From Eutreptiella sp. 'Long Island Sound 2002' (lineage: Eukaryota > Protista > Euglenida): a DNA stretch of 64,000 nt. Position numbers and translations under genes: made by a program. A model generated the notes under the pieces. It saw only the letters and a list, made by a program, of their open reading frames with translations. It made no database searches and was not told where the DNA came from. Positions 23,105-33,892 of this stretch are shown one piece after another. Each line of letters begins with the position of its first letter. Within the stretch, counting starts at the first letter, position 1. The stretch spans positions 195,858,001 to 195,922,000 of the forward strand of contig OZ038378.1 of the NCBI GenBank assembly GCA_964036045.1. The letters run 5' to 3'.

Positions 23105-24376
23105 CAAGTGGACGGTCATGCCCTTTGGCGTGGCCAAGGCAACCGCTCTTATTCAAGAGCTGATGAACAAGATCCTGCCCATCCTATGTCGAAGACATGT
23201 GGTGCAAGAACTCACATCCCGAAGGGCCCAGATTGAAGCACACATTGATGATGTATGCCTAGGTACAAATACCCACAAGGACCATCTAATCTTTTTTGGA
23301 GCGTTCTTTAATGTCTGCCAAGGTAACCACACAGAACTCAAGCTGGAGAAGTGTGAGTTCATGCCGGAGACTATGCAGTACCTTAGGTGTTGGACCCTTG
23401 CAGCCCTTAAGGCCAAACCCGTGATGGATGCCCAAGTACCACATGAAGACGTCAAGAAAGGACTCCATGAAGTATGTAGCTTCATTGGGGCTTGCAACAT
23501 GTACCATCGCCAAATCAAGCATTGCACCCACGCTAGCGCCATCTTCACGGACGTCATCAAGAACAGATCTACCTGGCGCTTGGGGCCTCAAGAGCAACAA
23601 ACGTTTTACAAAATCAAGGACCAAGTGGCTGACGCTAAGTGCTTGGGCGTGCCTAAAGCACCAGGTGAAATTTTCATGGTGACAGACGTTTGCAACGTGG
23701 GCGGTGGTGGAATGTTGTTCCATTCGCAAGCACTAGAGAAGGAGGAGTGTGACTGGGCCATATCCCAATGAGGTACTGATGGTGTTAACAATGGAATGCA
23801 GAAGCACCGCTGCCCCAAAGACAAATGGGTCCCGGTTCCCTTGGGCCATTAAAACTGGAAGTGGAACTAGGGCAGGGGTGACTGTTCTACCTATTGGCAA
23901 GAATAACTCGCGCGTATGCTGGTGCTATCTTCTCTGTCCCGCCTACTGGGGAGCAACCCTGTGGTTTGGTGATGCGACCAAGAATCGGTACGCAGTTTCC
24001 AAAAGGGACCCCTACCTAAGAAGGCTAAGCTCCGACACTAGTGGACCTACTAGAGCCAACTGCGGCTCTCAGTGCAACATATCCAGGGTGTCAAGAAGAA
24101 ATGTGCCGACTACATAAGCCGCTACAACTTCGATGACATGATTGGTACCAAGTCAGAGAAGCTAGCTAAGTAAGCATTCACCTATATGGATGTACACCTG
24201 GACCTGAAGATGACCATCATCAGACCTCTAGATGGGCTCCGACAAGTTGAGTAATTGAAACAGTTTAAGGATATCTACAAACGCGTAGGGAAACGTCTGG
24301 AGCCTGTCCTAGTCAACCATGAGCAGTGTAAACGAGACAAGACCTACCTGTGGCATAAAGACCGGATAGTCGTGCC
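23105..24376 (+). pseudogene. gypsy pol RT C-terminal part and RNase H
   Basis: KWTVMPFGVA..HIDDVCLG..LKLEKCEF..SFIGACN..VTDVCNVGGGG..WNWKWN. Confidence 0.9.
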
Positions 24377-24772
24377 CACGGGGGGGACGTCTCCTCGCTT
24401 CTGTACGTGACTCCCCCCCCCCAGTAGAAGTGGGCCGAAGGCCCCCAGGGGGGGGGGGGGCTAGCTGCCGAGGAGGGCCTCCCTAGGGGACTAGCTAGTC
24501 GCTGCTAGTTGCTAGGGGGGGGGGGGGCTAGGGGAGAGGGTTTAGCAGAGGTCTAGTCCAGTCTGGCAGAGACGCGGTGGCCTAAGGGGTTACTCTACAA
24601 CAACGGCGGCCTCCACTCTACCTCCTCACCATTGCAATGGTGGTTGTAGGCGCCCACACCCCCTGCCTGGGGAGGGCCGTATATATATGCTGGTCTCTCC
24701 GACACGGCCCATCACACCGGAGAGCAGCTGGGTGCCTTGCAGGTTGCCCAAGCCTACAAGGCACCGGATTGG

Positions 24773-24960
24773 TTTTTTTTTCCCTTTGCCGTACACACAA
24801 GTACCGCTGTATATGAATAGTTTTTTTTTTCCTTCGCCGCATACACAAATGCAGCTCTGTGGGTGTAGTTTTTTTTTTCCTTCGCCGTACACACAAGTAC
24901 CGCTCTATAGTAATGGTTTTTTTTTTCCTTCGCCGTATACACAAATACAGCTCGTTCTGT
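24773..24960. repeat. ~48-bp tandem repeat x4 (T-run-CCTTCGCCGTATACACAA..)
   Basis: Four head-to-tail copies. Confidence 0.85.
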
Positions 24961-25141
24961 CCCTTTTTTTTCAACTACCCCACGGCTCACTTAAAAAGTT
25001 CTCCCTCCGACGACGAGTCGGAATCAGAGATATTTGTATCCTGCCGCTTTCGGGGCCTTGTCCATGACAAGTCCATTTTCCTGCGCTGCCCTACACTCTC
25101 CAAAGGGCGTGAGCGTTCCGCACCTGATGACGCCTCAGTGC

Positions 25142-25235
25142 AGGAGGAGGACGAGGAAGAGGACGAGGAGGAGGAGGACGAGGAGGAGGAGGAAGAGGAG
25201 GCGGAGGAGGAGGAGGAGGAGGAGGAGGAGGAGTT
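25142..25235. repeat. (GAG)n trinucleotide tract
   Basis: Direct GAG/GAC/GAA run. Confidence 0.95.
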
Positions 25236-25724
25236 AGAGGGGTCCGCAACATTGGTAGGGGGGTTTGCGATTCTTAATGACCATGCCACCCAGACAGTGC
25301 CTACTCCCGTCGCTCTGCAGCGAATGCTTTCCCGGGTGCCTACTCCCATCGCTGTGCGGCGAGTGCATTGGTATTGGTTTAGGTTTCGGCACACACGGGT
25401 TTGGGTTTGGGCACTGTGCTGGGTGGAAGTTTTGTGACACGGGGAACCGCCCCTTGCCGCACTTACCTAAAAACACACGGAACAACGGAACTACGCAACA
25501 AAACACAACGCAACGCAACACAAAGCAAAGCAGGAGAAAGCAAAGAAAGAAAGAAAGCCCCTTTTTGCCTCCTTCTCGATCCGGGGACAAGCTCGAGGCA
25601 GGGATCTCCAGACCCCTGATTACCTCCTCCTCGAGCCGGGGTATTAAAGCTCGAGGCAGGGATCTTCAGGTGCCGGTATCGGCGAATTGGACACAAACAA
25701 CAAACAACACAAACAACACAAGCA

Positions 25725-26310
25725 ACAAAGCGTGGATTCAAAGATTGTCCCGGTTTCCTCAATAGCACCGGACGGTTGGGGCCCAAAAGAGGGCGGAAAT
25801 GCTACATCACCCCTGCATTCTCGGGGGTCCCCAACAAAGGGAACAAAATCAAAACTCAAAACCTACGCCAGGGGTCACCATGATGCACCACGCAACAAAG
25901 CGTGGATTCAAAGATTGTCCCGGTTTCCTCAATAGCACGGGACGGTTGGGGCCCAAAAGAGGGCGGAAATGCTACATCACCCCTGCATTCTCGGGGGTCC
26001 CCAACAAAGGGAACAAAATCGAAAGTCAAAACCTACGCCGGGGGTCACCATGATGCACCACACAACAAAGCGTGGATTCAAAGATTGTCCCGGTTTCCTC
26101 AATAGCACGGGACGGTTGGGGCCCAAAAGAGGGCAGAAATGCTACATCACCCCTGCTTTTTCGGGGGTCCCCAACAAAGGGAACAAAATCGAAAGTCAAA
26201 ACCTACGCCGGGGGTCACCATGATGCACCACGCAACAAAGCGTGTGTTCAAAGATTGTTCTAAGTGCGCCCCCTTAGCGCACCCCCTGCATTCTCGGGGG
26301 TCCCCAAAAT
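25725..26310. repeat. 170-bp tandem repeat x~3.4
   Basis: CGTGGATTCAAAGATTGTCCCGG starts at 25731, 25901 and 26071, with a variant at 26241. Confidence 0.92.
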
Positions 26311-26439
26311 TTTCGGGCGCCTTCGGCGCCACCCTATGTATGGCTAGTAGCCATTGACCCTTGGTAACTAAGTGGGCCCGGAGGGCCCGGAGGGGGGGGG
26401 GGGGTCCCGTACCGGGACCGAGGAGACGTCCCCCCCGTG

Positions 26440-28230
26440 GTCGTGCCTAGCGATCGTATCTCGGCTCGCCGGAAATTGACCCATGAGTCCAGTGGTCATG
26501 TTGGCGCTAACCGTACCTTGAAGGTGTTAAAGAAGTGGTTCCACACTACATGAAGTGATGATCGACTACGGATAACCCTCCAGCCCATCGTGGACAAGTG
26601 CCCGTGCCGGTCTTGCAAACCGCGGGGTGTCAGGGACAGAGGTCTCTATTCAACCCTTCCCATCCTCCATTGTGCCAACAGTGTGCTGTACTCTGTAGAC
26701 TACACGGAGATGCTGAAGTTTGGGAGCTATAACTTTTTTTGAAATCATCTTTACGCACCAACTTGTTCAGGGGCTGGCGTCCCCCAAGGAGAGACCCTGT
26801 GCACGGACGATATGTACAAACAGAGCGAAATGTATAGCCCATGTGGGCACGCCCGGCTGCCGGAGCCAGGAACCGTTGCCGTAGGGGGGAGAGCGTGGGG
26901 ACACGCTAGGTGTACAGGGTAAGGGACCCATAAATAAATCTGTTTGGAGAAGATCATTTGATTTGTTGAGTGAAATGAAGTGTGGCACAAGTGTGTTTGT
27001 GGTGTGTATATGTGTCATTGTACGTATGGTGTGTGAATCACGTCTATCACTGTGTGTTGTCAGAGCCTAAAAAGACCTGATCCCCATAGAAAGGGTTGTT
27101 TTGGTCAGGCACCACAGCTTGTGCCCAAACTGGTAGTGCTGCTGAAACCCTGACAGCTATAACTTCGCCCTAGTGGTGACCTGTGGACTGACAAGGTTCG
27201 CCCGAGTGTTCCCATGCGCATGCACATCCTAAGCACATAAGCGGCAAGGAGACCATCAAGATCCTTCTTGAAGAGTGGTTCAATGTCTACGGCGCACCTA
27301 AAGAGATCTACTCCGACAAAGACGTCAAAGTACGCTCAGACACTGGTTGGTACCAGAGAGTTCTGGGGGCCCTAAATGTTCCAGTGTTCATAGACTGATA
27401 CGAGAAACGCCCTATGTGAGCGACAGATCTGAGTTCTGAAGGACAACGTCAAGATATGGTGCAAGATTGAGCGCACCAATGACAGGGTCAGACTACTCTC
27501 CGTGATTTCCCTCATGATGAACTCTCAGGAGAGTTCAGCTACGGGCTACTCGCCCCATGAGCTGTTCATGGCGCGCGCTGCATGGGTCCTACATGCCCCC
27601 GATCCGGAAGATTCCTCCTCTGCTATAGAAGGATGGGTGAAGGAGCTACAAGACAAAGTGGACAAGGCCAAGGCTATGCTTCAGCGAGTGAGGAGGCAAC
27701 ATTGGAACAAGAAACACAAGCACCGAGTGCCGGCCACCTATCAAGAGAGTGACTCGCTGCTGCTGCACCACAGTCGGCTACCTGCCTGGGCACGCTCTAC
27801 CGGCGATGACCCCCTACTTTGGGCCCTACAACATCCTCTCAGTGGATGGCCACCGCATTACAGTGCGGTGTTCTCCCCAACTACTATGATCCACGGGACC
27901 TATGTGGAGAAGAATGGGAGCTGAACGACGAAGAGATCGCCGCTCTGGACGTACGACCCCATGGAAGTGGAAGATGAACTCCCCGACATGAATGCCAAGG
28001 AGATGGCTAAGGAAGGATTGTATATGGTGAGGTCGGTGCTACGGCATCGCTATCGCCAAGGCTGGAGCTTCCTCACCCTCTGAGAAGGGTTTGGAGTCGA
28101 AGAAGCTATCTGGGAACCTTTCTTTGCCTTTGTTCTACCTAATGGACGCCTAAACTCTTTTCTGATCCACTACCTGCCCCAGAACAACCTAGGTGAGTTG
28201 CCGATGCTCGCGGAGATGCTGACCTCGTAG
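26440..28230 (+). pseudogene. gypsy integrase and chromodomain, interrupted by 26734-27154
   Basis: HESSGHVGA, C..C..CK, YSVDYT, GSYN|FALVVTCGLTRF, EEWF.VYGAPKEIYSDKD, chromodomain-like tail. Confidence 0.85.
26734..27154 (-). mobile_element. 421-bp retroposed insertion (SINE-like or 5'-truncated LINE)
   Basis: 9-11-bp TSD AGCTATAAC(TT) at 26725 and 27155. T7 at the left end corresponds to an oligo-A tail on the minus strand. No TIRs. Removal restores GSYNFALVV. Confidence 0.8.
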
Positions 28231-28360
28231 AGGAAACCTACGAACCGAACCCTTCTTAAGCTGAACCCTTCTTATACCTTCCTATGTCCGCGTGAGTGTG
28301 CTAAGCCTGAGGACCTATGAGCGTATTCTTTTGGAGCTGCTACCTACTAAAAAGGAGGGG

Positions 28361-29500
28361 TGGCCAAAAGCTATGAGTCATGAAAACGCCTGTTCGCTTT
28401 GCGGCCAAAAACCTAGACAACCACTGCCACTGCCCGCCAAACACCCTGATAAAATGGCAGGCAAACAGCGGGACAGTGACACGCACACACAAAAGGTCCT
28501 ACACGCTCACTGACGGCAGCACAGCCTTCGAAGGCAAAGAGAGCACTGCTGTGCTAAGCCGCTACCAAGCTTGCCACCCCTGCACGCGCACACTACTTGG
28601 GGTCATTGATGAAAGAGTCAAAGGCCCTGACGGCCTACCTGTTAAAAGACAAAGAAACACGGCGCTGCTAAGCGGCCGTGGCCCAGCTAGGGCGCCACAA
28701 CACGTTTCTCAGCTGGGGCTTGGAGGGAAAGAGCGCTCTATGGGCGTGCATGGCGTGTGTACTCCTTTCCCATGATGTAGATGTTCCCTTTCCCCTGGAT
28801 GTTATTGAACTATTCATATATTTTTCTTGATGTGATCTGTGTCTCTTTGCTGAAGACTTTTGCACCATTCACCCTTCTCTTGCCCACCTGAAAAGAAGTG
28901 TGCACACGGAGAGGAGTATTGGACAAGACCCTAATGCCGCTCGCCGTATGATACAGGTCTTAACCACAAAAATAAGTCAGTTCCAATAAACCCTCCCGTG
29001 AAGCAACCAAGCTTAGAGACTCCACCCGTTCTCTTAAAGAGCGTAGGGTGGAGCCCCGAGTAGCGGCGTGCAGCGCGCGTGGCCTATGCCCTTTGACGCA
29101 TAATGTGCATGCAGCATGCGTTGTACCTCCAAAGCGGACGGGTAGGGTGCCAATCACTCAAAAGACTCAACCAGGAGGTGGCCCTTCTGGGCGCACTCAC
29201 CTTACCTACCGCTGAAGATCGAGAGCAAGTAAGGAGAACATGAAACGAAGCAAATCGGGTATGCACATGTGAATATGATTAATCAGTGCAAGAAAAGGGG
29301 GAGGTTGGTGTGTGAGACAGTTGCCCCGCATTGCATCGCAGGACAGGACTATGTAGCCCCCCATGACGACCAATCCCTGGCCGAAGGTCTCTTGTTTTGC
29401 GCTAATCACCCCTCTGCTGATCCTAAATCCTTCTGATCAATCCTGTCTAACCTCTGTGTTACGCCTATACGTTTCCAACGCGAGTGTGTATGCTAATCAT
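28361..29500 (+). repeat. Probable 3' LTR of the gypsy element (right end uncertain)
   Basis: PPT AAAAAGGAGGGG is immediately followed by TG at 28361. AATAAA near 28986. No matching 5' LTR in the window. Confidence 0.55.
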
Positions 29501-32500
29501 TCGAATGCATGAGCGAAGCACTAAGCAAGCAACACCTCTATACCCGAGATACTTGTATGTTTTGTTGTTTTCTTGATTTTCTGGATTCTTTATTCTTTGA
29601 GGTTCCCCCCGGCCCCTCCATTTTTGATATCTGGAATTCAACAGTCAATGCTTCAGCCTCAATTGGGACAGCAGAGGACCTCTGCGCGTTGTTCACCTTG
29701 GGCACCCTCCACCATTTTAGAGCTACATCTCCCACTGACGTGATATGTGAGGAATAGTGCTAGCACCGTTTACGGCCATATCCTCAAAAAGTCTTTCACA
29801 TTTCTAAAGCTAATCTGCAGCTGATGGCCATTTCAGAAAACGATTCTTCATGGGGGGTCCCAAAGCCATATTTTTGAGTACCGAAGGCCAACTTTTGAAC
29901 TTTTCAAGCTGTAGGCCTGCTGCCGGCCAGGCTCCAGAGGTGGGGGGGGGGGGGTCCTTCACCTTGGCGGATCGTGTCAGAATGACCACCACCACCTGCA
30001 TTACACCCATGTATATAGCCAGCAGTCCTGCCCTTGGACTCAAAATCAGGCCTGGCCTTTGGTACCTTAAAGTAGTGCTTGCATCTATGCCCCATATGCA
30101 AGCATCCACTTAAGCAAAAAGAAATCAAAACTTCGGACCATTGACTTCATACATGAATTTTCGGGCCCTTGTGGACATCCTTGAAAAAACCACTGAAGAG
30201 TTAATCAGCATATGCAGAGTACTGTCCACTGTGCCACTTTGTGCACTGTGCCTCCGGTTACCCGGGTGGCGTCCCTGCCACAATGGTGCACCGGTAGCCC
30301 AAAATCCGGGCCAGAAGCTGAGCAGAAGCACACATGAGTAATACAAGCAAGAGAAAACAACCAGCACACAAAAAGAAAGAAAACAGACTTGAAGCAGCAA
30401 AGGCTGTAGGAGGTCACAGGGAAAGCTCAGTTGTGGAAAGCAGGAGCAAATAGCCCTTCTAAAAGAACCCTCTTTCCCACTTTGGACTTGGTTTGTAGCA
30501 AACTCAAATTACCTGGGTTGGGTGTACAACGAATGCTTGTGCAACATCAGGTCCCAGCATGCCCTGGACCAGGACCCCACTGGCAGGTATATAAATATAA
30601 TAATGGGTGCAACCTTGCTGTGCTGACGACAACCGTAATAGTGAACACGCACCACAACTTCTGCCATGAAAGGTGCCCAGCCTGTGTTCTTTGTTTGCTT
30701 TCATTTAGGAGGATGAGATGACTCTGCATCTCAAACAGTGCACACATTTCTTTTCCATTGCAAGCATCCCCTGCTACCCTATCCCATACGCTTTTCAACT
30801 GGACATACCCCCCTCGCTGTGGCTGCTCATAAGTGTGCATCTCTGCAATGCTGCACTTCAGGCACTTGCATTCCTTCATTGGCCAACATGCGTAAGCAGC
30901 ACCACCCAAATCAAATGAAACTGCATATGGATTGTGGAATCACGGCATCTAACCAGAAATCTCACAATGGCCTGTGAAACAATTAAAAAAAAAAAGCACA
31001 GGGGCAGGGGCGTTGCGCAATCTGACCCCTTCAACACTGCTCTGGTTCGCAGTAGGAATATGCAGACTCAGACAGTTTTACCCAAGCTTAGATTTAGATA
31101 TGGATTGCAGTTTGATATATACAAAAGCCAAATTGGGCTTTTATAGCACACGCAGAATAGTGCCACATCAGGACCGATGCCCTGCTTCCATGCAACCTGA
31201 GATGCTCGGTGCTGCATGCTGGGTGAATGTATGGGATATCTCGGAACAAGTGCGAACGGCTCTGTGGCTGGGGGTCAGTCTATTGAGAGGGTTCTGTGGC
31301 TGCTGTACAGCACTTAGACACTTAGCAAACCAAAACCGAATTTGAAACTCATGAAGCAAACGTGCAGCAAGCACCAATAATGGGTTCATGCAGGATTAGA
31401 CCGAGGCCCCGATGACACTGTTAATGGTGAAGAAATGTATCATACATTGGACAATGTGTCAAGCGTGGCCCCCACAGACAAAGGACGTGCAAGGAAATGA
31501 AGGCAAAAGACCAGTGAGATAAAAGGACATCACAATGGTGCGAATCGCTATAAGGCCAATTGCATGGATGCTGGTCCTTGGCATGCCATGACACACTGCT
31601 AGAGTGCCCCTGTCACTGCCACCGTCAATCCTCCTCTGAGTCCATACTGTCACCAGGCGACAGTACAACTTGACCCGAGCGGAAAGGTTGACTGGTGTTG
31701 GTGTCATCCCAAGTGAGCAGCATGCCACTTCAAACCATCGCCTCGCCCTGTCTCAGGCACAACCCCTTCTGGGATATGGCAGTCAGACTGCACAGCCCAT
31801 AATCTTCAAAAGGGAAAAGGTTGCTGTCAGGTCATTGCCTGTGTGTCCCTGTGCCCGTGGGCCTGTGCCCCCAGTGCCACGAGCAGATCACAAATATTGA
31901 AATACGCACAGAGGTCAACCATGAATACGCACTCCCTGCTTCGTCACTTTTTTTTGACTTCCTGATTGCTCCAGTGGTCTGCAGGACCCAGCCTTTCGGG
32001 ATTTGGGGCCTAACAACCACTGAAATCAACGAGCACTGCCAGAATTTGATTTGGTTGCAGGGCTGACGATTTCTCTGCTAATCCACCAGAGGGCTCCAGG
32101 CTTACTGTCCTTAATTCGCTGGAATGCCCTTTCATCTCTTTGAATCTAGTGCAGCTGCCCATTGTTGAACTTTGGCTCGCTATGAATGCTCCATTGCCCG
32201 TGGTTAGGCCGCTTCGTTTGTTGCGCCTTGGAAGGAGACCGCCATGCAAAAAAAAAAGTTGCGTCATCGTCTGGGTGTCTCGGTCAGAGTTGTCGTGGGA
32301 CAAAATGGGGGGCTGAAACATGGCACCAAATAAGGGGTGAGGTTCTACAACAGGCATAAGAACGGAAGAGCAATGCACTGTGTTTCAGTGCACTGACATG
32401 GCATCCCTGACAAACATTGGTCTGGGCCGTGGCCTGAGGGCTTCCCCTCACTTTCGTTTTCCATGCAATGCATTGCAAATGGCCAGTTTGGGGGGGGTAC

Positions 32501-33737
32501 GCAGCAACAGTTCGCCAACATGAGGGAAACGTGATCCAATCGGGAAACGATCTCCCAAATCTAATTTAAACCCATCAACCCCCCCCCAAGTTTCCACCAA
32601 CTTCAATTGGCCTTCACAGTAAGGGGATGGCGTGCTTTAAAACACAGTGCACTTGACTTTGTGTCCGGGGGTTGATCCCACATGTAGCCTGGATGCCAAG
32701 CACTATGCTCAGTTTACCACCGGAGGGTGTCCGCCCAAGAAACGAAAAAGGGGATAAGAGGGTTTGGGATGGAAGATCCTGAATTTCCAAGCTTGGAGAC
32801 TTGCAAAGGAGCCGAGCCTGGCCCCACCCTAATCGCCTGTTTGCAGGCAATGCTGACCGCCCTGAGCACTGCAGTGCTGGCTCCGCAGGGACCAGGCCCC
32901 TGAACCTCCTCTACCCCCTTCAAATAGCAGCATCCACAAATCCTGTGGATAACTGTTAAGTATGACGGGCCGAGAGCAGTCATCAGTCTGATGATCCAAT
33001 GTCTTGCTCACTGCATGGCTCATCAAATCACATGCACTCACTATGTCAAACAGACACTGCTTCACGCATGTCCCATGCATGGTGCGCAGTGCAAACAAAC
33101 AAACTGCTGTCAAAGGGCCAGTCAACGCTGGTTTCGTCTGCATGGGCAAACTTCATTTTAAGCTCCACTTGCCAAGAATGGTGGATAGATTGGAGGGGAT
33201 GAGTAACGATCCTGCTTTGCCTGTGGTCTCTGGTGCGCACCGCGCTTCTATGGGCTCTGCTGACATAGTTGTTTCATTATTCGCCCTGGTGTGGTCTCTG
33301 TGGTGATTGGTGTTTCCTTTGGCTGAACAGAGCGAGTTCCTTTTGTGTGCTGTAGCGATGCTGGGCGTTGGTTCACACTTTGGGTTTTGCTGGTTTTTGT
33401 CTGCCTATCCATTTTCCTGAAAGTGAGGGGTCATGTTGTTCTCATTATCTTTTCAGAAACACATGCGTGGGCAGTTGTTGTGAAAATCTCACCCCTTTGG
33501 GCTGCAATTACGCCCCCCTCCCTGTTGGTGCTTCTGACAGGACCCACAAGCATTGTGTTCCAGGGAGCAGGAAGGGCGTAGGATTTTGGAGGAACTCGGA
33601 CAGGGCCTAACTCGATTCCATCGGGCCACAAACATTCGCAACCCGAAGGAACCTGAAGCAAGATGCTAGGCCCAGGTGAGTCCCTGGAGCTACCCTTCCT
33701 TCTACCGGTATAACACTGTGGCATCCCTTGAACGAGG

Positions 33738-33892
33738 CTACAGTGGATCGAAGCCCGAGACAGCCAATAGGTAAGACACCACCAGCCGGAGTACGTAGTT
33801 AAGCAGCACCGCTGCCAGCGCCATCGTGAGGAGGGCTACAAGCGCGACCACAGTGAAGCTCTGCTCAGAGAGAGCATTGGTTTTGCCATCCG
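33738..33892 (-). CDS. Candidate terminal exon encoding a hydrophobic transmembrane segment (DGKTNALSEQSFTVVALVALLTMALAAVLLNYVLRLVVSYLLAVSGFDPL*)
   Basis: CTTGTCAG| acceptor at 33893-33895, a protein-like TM stretch, then a stop. Confidence 0.4.

Larger units (their letters stand above)
24377..26439. mobile_element. 2.06-kb non-autonomous DNA transposon (hAT-like 8-bp TSD)
   Basis: Perfect 21-bp TIR CACGGGGGGGACGTCTCCTCG. TSD GTCGTGCC at 24369-24376 and 26440-26447. Removal restores pol DRIVVPSDRI. Confidence 0.93.
11900..29500 (+). mobile_element. Decayed Ty3/gypsy (chromovirus-like) LTR retrotransposon, 5'-truncated and interrupted by nested insertions; both boundaries approximate
   Basis: RT motifs VVDYAKLN, KMDKRSGF, AFITSQGRVFK|WTVMPFGV, HIDDVCLG and LKLEKCEF. 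RNase H motif VTDxCNVGGGG. Integrase motifs HESSGHVG, LVVTCGLTRF, PKEIYSDKD and CERQI. Chromodomain-like VLRHRYRQGW.FLT..EGFG.EEA.WEP near 28030-28130. PPT at 28349-28360. Confidence 0.9.

Noticed and set aside
24859-25437. Poly-Glu/poly-Ser protein gene
   Set aside because: Explained by a GAG tract within a non-autonomous element, with no credible start or domain. At best a captured fragment.
29500-33400. Several possible short exons on either strand (e.g. 29600-29745, 30150-30197)
   Set aside because: The splice-like sites are compatible with both strands and no domain is recognisable. They cannot be supported without RNA data.
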